This document shows, in pieces, positions 37,371 to 55,849 of a stretch of DNA of 64,000 nt (positions are counted from its first letter, which is position 1; each line of letters opens with the position of its first letter). Location: NCBI RefSeq assembly GCF_009914755.1, contig NC_060931.1; one strand, 5' to 3'. The DNA comes from the human T2T-CHM13v2.0 reference genome, Homo sapiens. The position numbers and the translations under genes are program-made. The notes beneath the pieces were generated by a model. The model worked only from the letters and a program-made list of their open reading frames with translations. It searched no databases and was not told where the DNA came from.

Positions 37371-37649
37371 CTGAAGGCAAAGCAAACCAGCACATCAGGA
37401 CTCCACTGCACCCTGGCCTTGGTATTCCATGAGGTCCACCCCCAACCTTACAGAAGGTAACACTTATTTGTCTACCTGCTTAGCCATCTCCTCTCCTGGA
37501 AGGGGAAGAGATGTTTCTCCTGCTCCCTGAGGGAAGGGACTTTTCTATTTGTTCACTGCCCTACCTCCAGCACTAGAACAGCGCCTGCAATACAGTTGAT
37601 GCTGACAAAAGCCAGGGCCTGCTCATCTCCAGCATCTGCCTCGTCCTGT

Positions 37650-37915
37650 GCTTCCTACCCCTGGCTACACGTCTGCATCACCTGGCGGGCCCGAAAAAAT
37701 CACGACGCTCACACTGCACCCCAGACGAATTGAAACAGAAACACTAGGGGCGAGACCAACACAGCGGTAATTTTTTTTTTTTTGAGACATTGTCTCGCTC
37801 TGTCCCCCAGGCTGGAGTGCAGTGGCGCAATCTTGGCTCACTGCAAGCTCCACAGTGGTAACTTTTAAAATTACAGACGATCCTGCTGTCCATCAAGGCT
37901 GAAAACCAGTGTTCT
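37650..37915 (+). mobile_element. MER5A-like hAT MITE containing a severely 5'-truncated AluY (-) at 37771-37850
   Basis: Alu stub flanked by TSD cacagcggtaa / cacagtggtaa. Confidence 0.7.
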
Positions 37916-37919
37916 AAAG

Positions 37920-39640
<1,721 letters not shown>

Positions 39641-40559
39641 TTCTGAAGAAATTCAAGAAAAAAAAGATAATAGTCTGCTACAGTTCTTTGCAAATGACAC
39701 TGAACCACTAATTCACAGATGTAACCAGTTTGGTGAGAATGTAGGCTGACTTGCACTTATTCTCCAGTGTTATTTCTAGAGTATATCTCATAAACTGAAA
39801 CCCAGGCTACCTATGTAACTCTCTTTAAATAACTGCTGTTGTTTTAGATTGGCCTCAGAGAGGGATGTGTGACATCCCTGACTTTATAGATCTAAGAGCC
39901 TTCCGTGAGGCATGCTCCTCCTTCAAGAACTGTAAACCGGAGCCCACACCTCACCTAATCACAGTCTCTGGACCATCCACCCACAAACTAGCTCTTGCCA
40001 TTCACTTAATTCTCCCTACTTTCCCCCACCTTTTGCCAACATTTCCATCCCTCTATTCTTAACATGTTTTGCAATCCAACACTCTAAAATCCTTTAAAGT
40101 GGGTGATTATACAATTTATCATCCACACCACAACACTTCTGAGGGTAAAAGCTATTAATAATGGGACTAACTTGGGTAACTGGACCAGTCATGGTCCCCC
40201 ATCTCTAACTTCTGCCCTGTATCACCTAAGCTCACCTCGCCAGTTTTACCTTTGCTGCTTTTGGATCACAAAGCTGTGTGGTAGGGGAGGAAGGGCGGAG
40301 AAAAGCAAAGCAAACCCCTCTGAAAATGATGATGGTTTAAAAAATAGAAAAATAAGTAAGAAGCAGATAACATTCCTACTTGGGTGTGACTTCTGGTCAC
40401 TGAAGGGATGGCTGGGTTTGGTTTCTGAGATTCACTCTGTTTTATTGCAATGCCAGCTTTGTAATAAACCAGTGTCCACACATAGCTTGTCGACTGGTCT
40501 ATTTCTCTAGCCTCACAGCAATGCTGTACCATCTTAATCACTTGACAGTAATGCACAAT

Positions 40560-43500
40560 ATTTAGAATGGTCCTAACACCTCCTTCTTCTTTCTCAAAGT
40601 GTCTGGGCTATTCTTGGCCCTTTGCATTTCCAGATAAATTTTAGAATCCATCTGTCGGTTTCCACATATTAAAAAGGAATTACTGGGATTCTGAATGGGA
40701 TTGCATTGAATCTACAAATCACATGGGGAGAAATGACATTTTTAAAATACTGAGTTGTCCAATCTGTGAACATCTTTCTTTAGAGGGCTTAAAAGTCTTT
40801 GGTTAGATTTATTCTGAGGTGTTTTATATTTCTAAGTGTTATTTTAAATGACATCTTTGAAATTTTTTTCTTTTCTGTTTGTTGCTTATATGCAGAAATA
40901 AAACAGATTTTTGTATACTGATTTTACATCGTTATTTTGAAATTTAGTTGGCTTGCTATTTAGCAATTTTGCTAAATTCCCTAAATTCTAACAATTTGTG
41001 TGTTGACATTTTAGGATTTGCTACTACAGAATTACATCATCTGTGAATAATAACAGTATTACTCCTTTCTTTGAATTCTTTACTCTTTTTGTGTTTTTCT
41101 TGCCTTGTTACAGAGCAATTTTGAATAGAAGTCATGTGAGCAGGCATTTCTGTCTTGTTCCAGCTCTCAGAGGGAAGGCTTTTTAACATTTCACCATTGA
41201 GTAATATTTGCCAAGATACCTTTTATCAGAATTGAGAAGTTCACTTCTATTCTTTGTTTGCTAAGATTTTTACCATGATGGGATGTTGAATTTTACCACC
41301 TGCTGTATCTATTGAAATGACAAGATTTTCCTCCTTTATTCTCCTTAAAGTGGTAACTTACACTGCTTGGTTTTTAAATGCTAAATCATCCTTACACTGC
41401 TGGAAAGAAATCCAATGTGGTTGTAATATGAGATCCTTTTGTGTCTACTGCTGGTTATGCTCACTGATATTTAGTTTCAATTTTTTTATATCTATGTTCA
41501 TGAGAAACTGGCCCTCAATTTCTTTTCCTGCAATGTCCTTGTCCTTCTTGCCCTTGTCCCTCGTATCAAGGTGATGTTGGCTTCATAAAATGAACGGAGA
41601 AGTGTTCTTTTTCTATTTTTTTAGAAGAGTTTGTATAATACTGGTACCTTTCCCTCCTTCAGTGTTTGGCAGAATTCACTGCTGAAGTCCCCTGGGCCTG
41701 GAGTTTTGTTTGTGGGAAGAACTGTAATTATGATTTCCACTTTAAACATAGTTACATGACTATTCAAGTTTTCTCTTTCTAGGAATTTTTCCATTACAGA
41801 AAAAAAATTTTTTGAGACAGGGTCTCACTATGTTGCCTGGGGTAGTTTCAAACGCCTGAGCTTAAGCAATCATCCCATCTCAGCCTCCAGAGTAGCTGGG
41901 ATTACAACCATGCACCACTGCATCCAGCCCCAAATTTATTAACAAAAATGGGTTCATAAAATCTCCTTTTTAATGTCTGTAAGATCTGGATTAATGGGTC
42001 CTTTTCATTCTTCTTATTGATAATTTGTTGCACAGATTATTTGATCAAGCTTGTGCGAGTCTATCAATTTTATTAGTTTTCAAAGAACAAATTTTTGGTT
42101 TTATTGATCCTCTCTTAATGTGGTATTTATTTTCTATTTCATTAATTTATATTATTATTTTTAATATTTCCTTCCATCTACTTCCTTTACATTTAATTGG
42201 ATCATCTTTTTTTACATCTTGAGGTCAATGCTTAGATCACTGATTTTTCAGCCACTTTGCTTTCCAATATATGCATTTAAGGCAAAACTTCCCCCCTAAA
42301 CACTGCTATAGCTGCACCTCACAACATTTGACATGTTATATTTTCATTATTATTCATTTTAGGATGTTTTGATTTCCATTTTGATTTCTTCAGGGTACTG
42401 CAGGTTACTTACAAGAGTACTAATTAATTTGCAAACACATAGAAATTTTCTTTTTTTTTTTTAACTTTTATTTTAGGTTCAGGGGTACATGTGCAGGTTT
42501 GTTATATAGGTAAACTCAAGTCACAGGGGTTTGTGGTACAGATTATTTCATCATCTCCTAGGTACTAAGCCTAGTACCCAATAGTTATTTTTTCTGATCC
42601 TCTCCCTCTTCCCACCCTCTACCCTCAAGTGGGCCCCAATGTCTGTTGTTCCTCTCTGTGTCCATGAGTTCTCATCATTTAGCCCCCACTTATAAGTGAG
42701 AACATGTAGTATTTGGTTTTCTGTTCCTGCATTAGTTTGCTAAGGATAACGGCCTCTGGCTCCATCCATGTTCCTGCAAAAGACATGATTTCGCTCTTTT
42801 TTATGGCTGCATAGTATTCCATTGTGTATGCGTACCACTTTTTTTTTATCCGATTTGTCACTGATGGGCATTTAGGTTGATTCCATGTCTCTGCTTTGGT
42901 GACCAGTGCTTCAATGAACATTTGCATGCATGTTTCTTCACAGCCGAACAATTTATATTCCTTTGTGTATATACCCATTAATGGAATTGCTGAGTCAAAC
43001 AGTAGTTTTGTTTTTTTAACATCAATTAAATTATATTTATTTAAATATACTAATCAAAACACATTTTATGAAGCATCTTTTCTGTGACAGTCTGGTCTGT
43101 GCTGGATCCACTCTGTGCTGCTCTTTTCTGACACCAGTTGGTAGTTCTGTTTTTATGTCTTTGAGGAATCGCCACACTGCCTTCCACAACGGTTGAACTA
43201 ATTGACACTCTCACCAACAAGCATTCCCTTTGCTCCACAACCTCACCAGCATCTGTTATTTTCGACCTTTTAATAATAGCCATTCTGACTGGTATGAGAT
43301 GGTATCTCATTGTAATTTTGATTTGCATTTCTCTAATAATCAGTGATATTGAGCTTTTTTCATATGCTCATTGGCTGCATGTAAGTCTCCTTTTGAAAAC
43401 TGTCTGTGTCCTTTGCCCACTTTTTAATGAGGTTGTTTGTTCTTTTTCTTGTTAAGTTCCTTATAGATGCTGGATATTAAACCTCGGTCAGATGCATAAT

Positions 43501-44950
43501 TTGCAAATATTTTCTCCCATTCTATAGGACAGACAGCCTACAGAATAGGAGAAAATATTTGCAAACTAGAGCTTTTGCTGTGCAGAAGCTCTGAAGTTTA
43601 ATTAGATCCCATATGTCAATTTTTGCTTTTGTTGTGATTGCTTTTGGCGTCTTCATCATGAAATCTTTGCTCACTCCTATGTCCAGAATGCTATTGCCTA
43701 GGATGTCTTCCAAGGTTTTTATAGTTTTGGGTTTTATCTTTTATTTTTGGTTTCTAACTTAATTCTACTAGGATTAGCAAATATACTCTGAGTGATTTCA
43801 CTTCTTGAAATTTTTTAAGATTTGTTATGGTCCAGCATATGGTAAATTTTTAAAATGTATTTTAAAGGAAGCTGTATTTTACAGTTGAGTCCAGGGTTCT
43901 ATATATGTCAATTAGGTCAAATTGATTAATCATGTTGTTCCAATCTTCTATATCCTTTCTGTATCTTTACATTTTTTGATGTGTTGCTCATAAGCCAAAT
44001 ACATTTTTTAAAAATCAAATCTAATAATCTTTGTCTTTTAATTGAAATACCTAGTTATTAACATTTAATGTAATTCATTATAGATCTGAATTTAGATATC
44101 TACCATCTTAAGTTTTCTTTCTGCATGTCCTGTAAATTCTAAGTTCTTTTTTCTCCTATTTCCTACCTTCTTTTGGATTATCTTTAAGTTATTTTGCTCT
44201 TCCTTATTATTTTATATTTAAGCATTCTTTAGTGAGCCTAGAACTACACTAGAATCCTTCACTTATAACAGTCTAACATAAAGTAGCACTTTTACATCTT
44301 CCTGGACAATGGACCTTATCTCCATATTAAGCATAATTATTTTAGAATCTGTGTCTGATAACTCCAATATCTGGATCCCCTGTAGTTCTGCTTCTATTGT
44401 CTATTTCTTTCTAATTAAAAAAAAACCTGTATTTTCTTTTCTTCTCATATGCCTGGGGGTGGGTGTGGGGGTGTGTGTGGAAGGGGGGCTACTGTAGCAA
44501 TAATATAAGGCCAAGAGTGATGTAATCTTCTTCTAAAAGGGATGTTCATTTGTTTCTGCCAGGGAGCAACCCTAATCAACTTTCAAAGCTGAGCTTTACT
44601 TCCTGCAGGGACTGATCTACTTATGATTCACCCTTACTCCTAGAGCATAACCTCCAAACTCAAAACCTCTGGATGTTTACCAGGGTCTCCCCTCGTGCTC
44701 CCAGCCCCATGAGTCTGTCAAAGGCTTTGCCTGGCTTCCTAGGTGCTTCTTCTGGAATCCACAGGTGTCCCTGGGGAAAAAGTGGCCCAAGAAGCAGGGC
44801 TCATGCCTCTGGATTTCCTGGATCTTGGTCTCATACCGCTTCACTGCCCTGTTAACTCTGTGGGGTTTTTAATGTTAATATCTTGTTCAGCTTTTCCAGT
44901 TGTCCTCAGCAGGAGAGTTGGTCCAAATTACCTAGCCTGTCATTACTGGA
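40560..44950 (-). mobile_element. Old L1M block with a FLAM (41807-41929) and a nested younger L1
   Basis: T-rich, antisense L1 ORF2-like sequence. Confidence 0.7.
42450..43735 (-). mobile_element. 5'-truncated old L1PA/L1PB 3' end
   Basis: ORFs 42679, 43050 and 43522 translate to the L1 ORF2 C-terminus. T tail at 42451. Confidence 0.9.
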
Positions 44951-45119
44951 ACAGAACTTAAATTCCAACTATTTTTCCCTCCTCTTCTGGTTAGATCAAG
45001 AGAATATACAACGCAGAGTTTTACATCTGCTCATATTAGCTAAAATTAGTGAGTTTATAAAGTTTTTAAAAACAGCCTATGTGAGAAAGTGATAATACAT
45101 TTTGTTTTGAAAACCTTAC

Positions 45120-45166
45120 CTTGGCAATGGACCCGTCGGGGGAGTCATTCCATAGTCTTCGTATCT
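45120..45166 (-). CDS. KIAA1549: KIAA1549 small coding exon (exon 17), 47 nt, RYEDYGMTPPTGPLP(R)
   Basis: Acceptor tgtcttccag|AGA and donor AAG|gtaagg. Phase 0 to 2 bridges the flanking exons exactly. Too short for the ORF track. Confidence 0.92.
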
Positions 45167-45539
45167 CTGGAAGACATACAAAAGAACATGAAGATTAATA
45201 TTCAATACTTATTATAAAGTGACAACAGCAAACTTATAAATTCAGCTTTACAGGATCAACTTTCAAGAGAATTATTTTCTCATTAAAACTTAGCATGTTA
45301 CCGGGCACTCTGCCACCAAGTGATGCTACAAGTTTCGGTTCGAGGACCTGCACTACCAGACTTTAGAAAACACACAACTCATTTCTAGATCTTTCCTTCT
45401 TTTGTATATTACAACTATAAATATGAATAGCTGACAGGCTTGCTGTGCCTGCTCTTCCCCACAGATCCATCTGTATCTTCTGCTGCAAACCTGTATCTTC
45501 TGCTAAAAGGCCTCATATCTTTTGCTAAAAGGCAGGCCT

Positions 45540-45850
45540 GAATGCCCACAATTAGCACAAGTGACTCCAACCACATGAGCCACAAAGGTCAGCGAGACCC
45601 AGTGGCTGCCCAGTACCTATTCAAATACCTCAAGCAACTCAAGTATCAAATGCTGTCTCATGTTGCAGAATGCTGCAAAAAAAGAAAACCAGAAACTAGA
45701 GAGACTCTACAAGACGAAGGCAGCACGTTCTGTTTCTGACCGTTTACTGGTCCCCAGGAGACCCGGCTATATTTTCTGCCCTTAAGTTCCATAAGGTGCC
45801 CCCGTATCCTTCAATCAACTCTTTTTACTTGAGCTAACCTGAACTAGCCA
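45540..45850 (+). mobile_element. Old MLT1-type LTR fragment
   Basis: Weak consensus resemblance only. Confidence 0.45.
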
Positions 45851-48803
45851 AATGTTCTTTGACTAAAACAATATGCCACATGATTTAAGGAAACATACAT
45901 CTAAGAGATCTGTTGTATTCCTGGTGAAATCAATATATCCTAACCCTAATATACATGGGACTCTTATTTCAACATTTCTTTTCAATAACTGTGAATTGTT
46001 CCTTTTGGAATTAGATATTTCAGAAGAACAGTAACTATGGGCAGAGTCTGTCCAGCGGCAGTCAGTTGGAACCAATGGTTTGTCTAAGTTAGGTCTAAGT
46101 CAGCCTTGCTTCTGAAGTTGCTCTAATATAACATCTTTCTTTTTACAAGCTGTCATTTACTGAATTAGTATTTTGAGTTAAGCATTGTATGAGCATTAAC
46201 CTAGGCCCACAACATCACTAAAAAGTACTCACTGCCTCCGTTTTATAAATGAAACCAACTCACAAAGAAATTAGGTGATTTCTTCCTAATGTCTTTTGGA
46301 CTCCAAAGACCATGCTTCTCACCAATCCCCCTGCACTGCCCATGGTTTCCAAAACAAGACACTCTCCTGTGAACAAATATCTATTTTGTGAGGGGAAAAA
46401 GTAGAGGCTTTGGAGTCACACAGACTGGCTTAACATCCCTGGGCCTATTCCTTTATGCCAAGAGAATATAACGATCTCCACATTCACAGAGTTCTAAGGG
46501 GATTATTAAATATGAAACCGTGGTCAGATTACTTCACCTTCTGACTCTCTCTGCTTCCATCCCCTTGGCTGTCATGTGGAACCTTGTGGAGTTCCCCAAC
46601 TGAGGCAAAACAAGGGAAAGAGGGTTATGGAGGAAGGGAGAAAGAGAAGGAAAAGAAGCTTCCATTCCTTTTCCAAATAATTAAAGGGAAATCTGAGACT
46701 ACATAGAGATTATTCACAGTGCTGGTGCTTTCGGCACAGTATGGGTTTTTAAAGCATATTCATATGCAAAATCTAAAAAAAAGTCAATGCTTACCAGTTT
46801 ACCTACCAAAGTCTCAGGAGTTCTTAGTGGCATATTAAGAGAAAAACAATGAAAAATAGCTGTCCGCTTATTATCTGTTGTATCTTTGTAGTGTGAGGAT
46901 TTCAACTCTATTCTCATCAGAAAAAGAATGTCATATTTCTAGGGACTACATGCCCTGATGAAAAGGTTTAAAAAAAAATGACAGACAGAATTTCTCTGAT
47001 TCTGTTGCAGGATGGATCACACCTACATAAAAGTTTGGGAAACAAAATTGCATTTGAAGGTTTCAATCAGCTAGGTATATAAAAATCCCACTTTAATGCA
47101 TCCCTTTTTTCTATTCAGTATAAAACACAGGCCGACAGAGTGAGGAAGGCAAGTTAGATGGTTGGTAGAGTCTGGGATAGGCCCGAGGTAAAGCAACCAG
47201 ACAGTAAGGTCTGCTTGTGAAGTGTCTCAGCCCAGGGATTTGTACTTGCTACTCAAAGGACTAGTCCATAGAGAGCTTACCTTCTCAAGGAAGCAGCAAT
47301 ACCAACTATCACGTGGCCTGACTCACTGATACATAACACTCCTACCCTCGCAAAAAAGGAGTAATAATGTCATCAGGTGGCAAATAAAGGCTCATGCGGT
47401 AACTGAAGGCACCTTGAAATCCACATTCCTGTGGTTTTTCTTTTTTTTTAACCAAAAAAAAGCAAATAGCAGCAAATAAGAGAGTGATCAGGCTCCCCTT
47501 GGCAACATTAACTTTACAATCCATTTACAAACATGTTGAAATTATATTAGATATGCACAGATAAAGCCAATGATTCTGGTTTTCCACTAGATTAAGCTGC
47601 TACCATTCTCATCCAACTACATCAGGGTAACATCAAAAGTCCACAATGAGAAAACCATTGAATAATGGTGTTTATTAAAAAAATCTTACTATGGGCTTGA
47701 ATTTATAAGGCATTATCAGGGAATCCTGGATCTGCAACACCTATGAACAATGAACAAATAAGAGAAATAACAACACGAACCTGCCAAAAATTACTGCTAA
47801 AAATTCATCAGCAGAAACCAAATAAGGAAAGGAGCAGAATCACGCTACACACTGAGAAAAGCAGTGGTCAAGGGGGAAACAAACAAACAAAACGAAGATT
47901 CTGGCAGCACGATGTGGCTCCTAAGCCCATCCCCAGAATGCTCAGCATTACATTGCCACTTAGAGAGAGTACACTGAGGGGTGCACTGGCAGTCAGGGTG
48001 AAGGGGAGGGAGGGGGAATCAGGAAAAGCCTGGAAGCAGAGAGAAGTAACAATCAGAGACCAGCAGTGAACAAGTTCAGGTCAGCTCATCAGATGAGCCT
48101 TTCCCTTTGGAAAACGCAAGACAAGCTAAGCTAAGAGGCTCGTGGTAGGTCTTCCTCCTCTTTTCCAGTCCTCCTGTCACCCTGAGATGCATCCAAGGCG
48201 TTGGACCTTCAGCAACTTGGCTTACTCAACACCAGTGAACCACATTTTACCTATCAGCTGCCATGCTGTGTTCAGCATCAGAACTGCTCCACCCTAACAT
48301 CGTATATTCAAGACCAGAGGCAGGGAGACAATTAAGAAGGTGTTGGTGAGAGATGACGGTGGCTCCAACTGATGTCATGGTGTGGATGGATTTAAGAGGA
48401 AGAATCAGCAAAGTTCTGGCATGTTTAAATGACTCCAGCTTTCCATACCTTTCCTTTGCAGCACCTGGTCTATCATTTCAACTGCTCCCTCTCACCTGCA
48501 CATCGCAGGTGCCTGACAAAGCCCTAGTCTTCATCAATCCCAATGCATATACTTGGGTACTGAATATTCATCAATGAAACTCGAGAACATTAATTAGAGC
48601 CACTTCAATTTCATGATAGTCAATCTCAACCACCCTGAAGGCTAAGAAATAATTCCTGTGTCCCTAATCTGTGTTGTCTCATTCTCCATAATAGGTCTTT
48701 CAAATCTCTCCTCTCCCTCACACCTCCTGCCCTGCCACATTTCTTCTGTTATTCTCAATGGATGATGACTCTGCCTTCTCTGCTCTGAGGATAAAAACCA
48801 TGA

Positions 48804-49195
<392 letters not shown>

Positions 49196-49655
49196 CATAT
49201 CCCCTCATTTCTAAAGAGAGCTCTTCCACTGGTAATCCAGATTCATCTCATCCCCTTTTGTGAATTGTCAGACTCTTCTTCCGCACTGGCTCAGCACCAT
49301 CCGCCATTAAACACGTTGAAGGCTCGCTGATTCTTCCTCTTGAATTTATCCACTGCATTGCACTAGCTGGAGTCACCAACTCTCTCACCAAGAATACTAC
49401 AACAGCTTTCTATTAGTCTCTCTGTTTCTGACAACCATTCTTCACTCTAAAATGGGACTAATCTTTCAAAAGGCTTACCTAATTATGTCTCCACCTGCTC
49501 AAGACCCTTCCATGTGCAGCCATCACCCTCAGGATGACATGTAGGCTCCATAACCATCGGCTTCTTGCTTTTCCTCTCCTGCCTCATGTCTAACCACTTT
49601 TAGTGCCCGCTCTGTTACTACTCAGCCAGAACTCACTTAACTGCTTAGAACATAC

Positions 49656-50190
49656 TGTAATAGTTAATTTTATGTATCAACCTGACTGTGCCACAGGACA
49701 CCCCAATGTCTGGTTAAACATTATTTCTGGGTGTGTCTGTGAGGGTGTTTCCAGAAGAGGGTAGCATTTGAATTGGTGGACAGTAAGGCAGCCCTCCCCA
49801 ATATGGGCAGGCATCTTCCAATCTGTTGAAAGCCTGAACAGAAGAAAAAGACAGAGGAAGGCTGGATTTGGGCTTCCTCTGACTGACTGCATGAGCTGGG
49901 ACATGAATCTTCTCCCATCCTTGAAGCACCTGGTTTTCAAGCTTCCAGATTCAGACTGGAAACCATCGCTCAGGCCTTCAAACTACACCACTGGCTTCTG
50001 TGGGTTTCCGGTTTGCAGAAAGCAGATCATGGGATTCTCAGCCTCCATAATTACATGAGCCGACTCCTCATAATAAGTAAATTTCTCTCCCCCTCACTCT
50101 CTCCATACAAACACATATGCATACAGACACACCCACCCACCCACATACACACACACTACTAGTTCTGCTTCTCTGGAGAACCCTGATTAT
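49656..50190 (+). mobile_element. MLT2 (ERVL) LTR
   Basis: tgtaatagttaattttatgtatcaacctgactg start and ...ctctggagaaccctgat end, with an internal CA-rich tract. Confidence 0.85.
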
Positions 50191-50229
50191 TTTAAATAAT
50201 AGACCCTACATATGAATGGATAAACAAAT

Positions 50230-52730
<2,501 letters not shown>

Positions 52731-53796
52731 CCTGTCCCATACACTTTAATTTCTGTGCCTCTGCTGTACTTCCCACCACCAGGAACATCCTTCTTCAACT
52801 GACAACCACTAATTATCCTTTAGACTTCCACAGAGATGCTATTTTGTCCAGAAAAATCCATCCTGTACTGTGCACTACTCTGCCTCCAGCACCTAAGCAG
52901 AGTGCCTGCGACACAGCAGGTGCTTTGTAAATATATGTGAATGAATAAGCAAATGAGAAAACTTTAAAGTGACCCGATGGCAGCTGTTTCCACATTTATT
53001 TTACTACCAAGGTTTGTTCTGTACCATGCATTTCCTGAAATATTATAAACCACCAGTTGTAATTTTGAAGATAGTTGTTGGAACAAGCTATATTTTAAAA
53101 TTAAAAACAGTAATGATTAGATTGAATGGTACTCCCACCCCACCCCACATGATAGCAGTTCCCCATACTGGAGGCTCTCGGCCTCCCATGCCCTGAAGGA
53201 GACAATCTCTTGCTGAAGGCTCTTACTTTGAAAATTCAAACCCATTTCAGAGATAAAAAAGTATTTTACCATATGTCTATTGCCACCCAATTTCATGTAA
53301 CAAGGTGGACCCAGTATAAACACTCCCTAATAAATTCATATTGTGACCTATTAGCTTCTCTCCAGAGTCAAACCTTAGTCCAATCATTTCATATGAAATT
53401 AGCAGAAAATAATGGTAGCTTTACTTCCTTGAGTTTTACTTCTTCTCCATCTCTCAGGAAGGTAAATTTGAAAGGACTAAGAAAAACATAAATGATAACA
53501 AAGGCAGATGAAATGCTGAAATGTCAACCTCCAAGATGGAAAGCTGACATTTGAAAGTGGTTGTCACTGTCCACGTGGGGACTGGCTGCCTACAACCTCA
53601 GAACCTCAGGGGTCTCTCCAGTACCAGGTGACCATACAAGAAACTCAACAACTTGGATACATTCTAAACTGAAACTTTTCTGGAGACATCAACAAGAATA
53701 CATTTGACGGTTACCCCACCTCCATTCCGTGACACTGTTTTGAACCCAGGAAGATGCTTCCATAAAATCCCCCTCCGTTCCTCCACAAAGCAAAAG

Positions 53797-53843
53797 TCCT
53801 CCTGCCTTGGCCTCCTAAATTGCGGGGATTACAGGCATGAGCC
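53797..53843 (-). mobile_element. 47-bp Alu head fragment
   Basis: tcctcctgccttggcctcctaaattgcggggattacaggcatgagcc. Confidence 0.75.
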
Positions 53844-54037
53844 TGTAAACCCACATAAACGGATACCTCCAACATTAAGAATTAATTTAGTAGAAGATAA
53901 AAACTAAGACCCATCACCCGAGTTTTAATTCTTATCAAATGCAACCACGGTTTTGTGCGGAGCCTGAAAGTCAGGCAGTCAGGCAACAAAGCTTCAACAT
54001 CTTGCCCATCAGAGAATTCTAGAAGGCCAGTACTTAC

Positions 54038-54355
54038 ACTGCAGGGATTGTTGGCCGTCTGGGCTGGGCTGTAGAAGGACCCCCACTGGGTGGCTCGCCT
54101 CTCTTCCTGGGAAGGGGTGCTGTTTGCGGGCAGGCCGGGTGGGACTCCGGGGCCTACACCTGCGGTGCTGGCAGGCTGGCTGCTGGGGGCCACGAGGGCA
54201 AAGGCGTCGTCCAGGAGGGAGTGCATGGTCTGGCGTGCCTCCTCGATGGACGGCTGGGGTGGGATGTACTGGGAGGCCGGGAAGGGAAGGGCTGGATACC
54301 TCCCCAGTTCCACCGAGGATGGTGTCTGCACATCGGCTGGGAGGTCAGGATCCGA
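54038..54355 (-). CDS. KIAA1549: KIAA1549 coding exon (exon 16), 318 nt, SDPDLPADVQTPSS...AQTANNPCS
   Basis: Acceptor ctcattgtag|TCG and donor AGT|gtaagt. Symmetric phase 0-0. Matches ORF 53882..54331. The exon end AATCCCTGCAGT is the 16-9 fusion junction as I recall it. Confidence 0.96.
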
Positions 54356-54468
54356 CTACAATGAGAAATGGCAAAGGAAGAATCACACATGAGTTTTTGT
54401 GGCAACCCTAAACAGTTTTCCTGACATTGAGGAAAAGTTCTATCATAAGAATTAAAAAATGACAGTTG

Positions 54469-55849
<1,381 letters not shown>

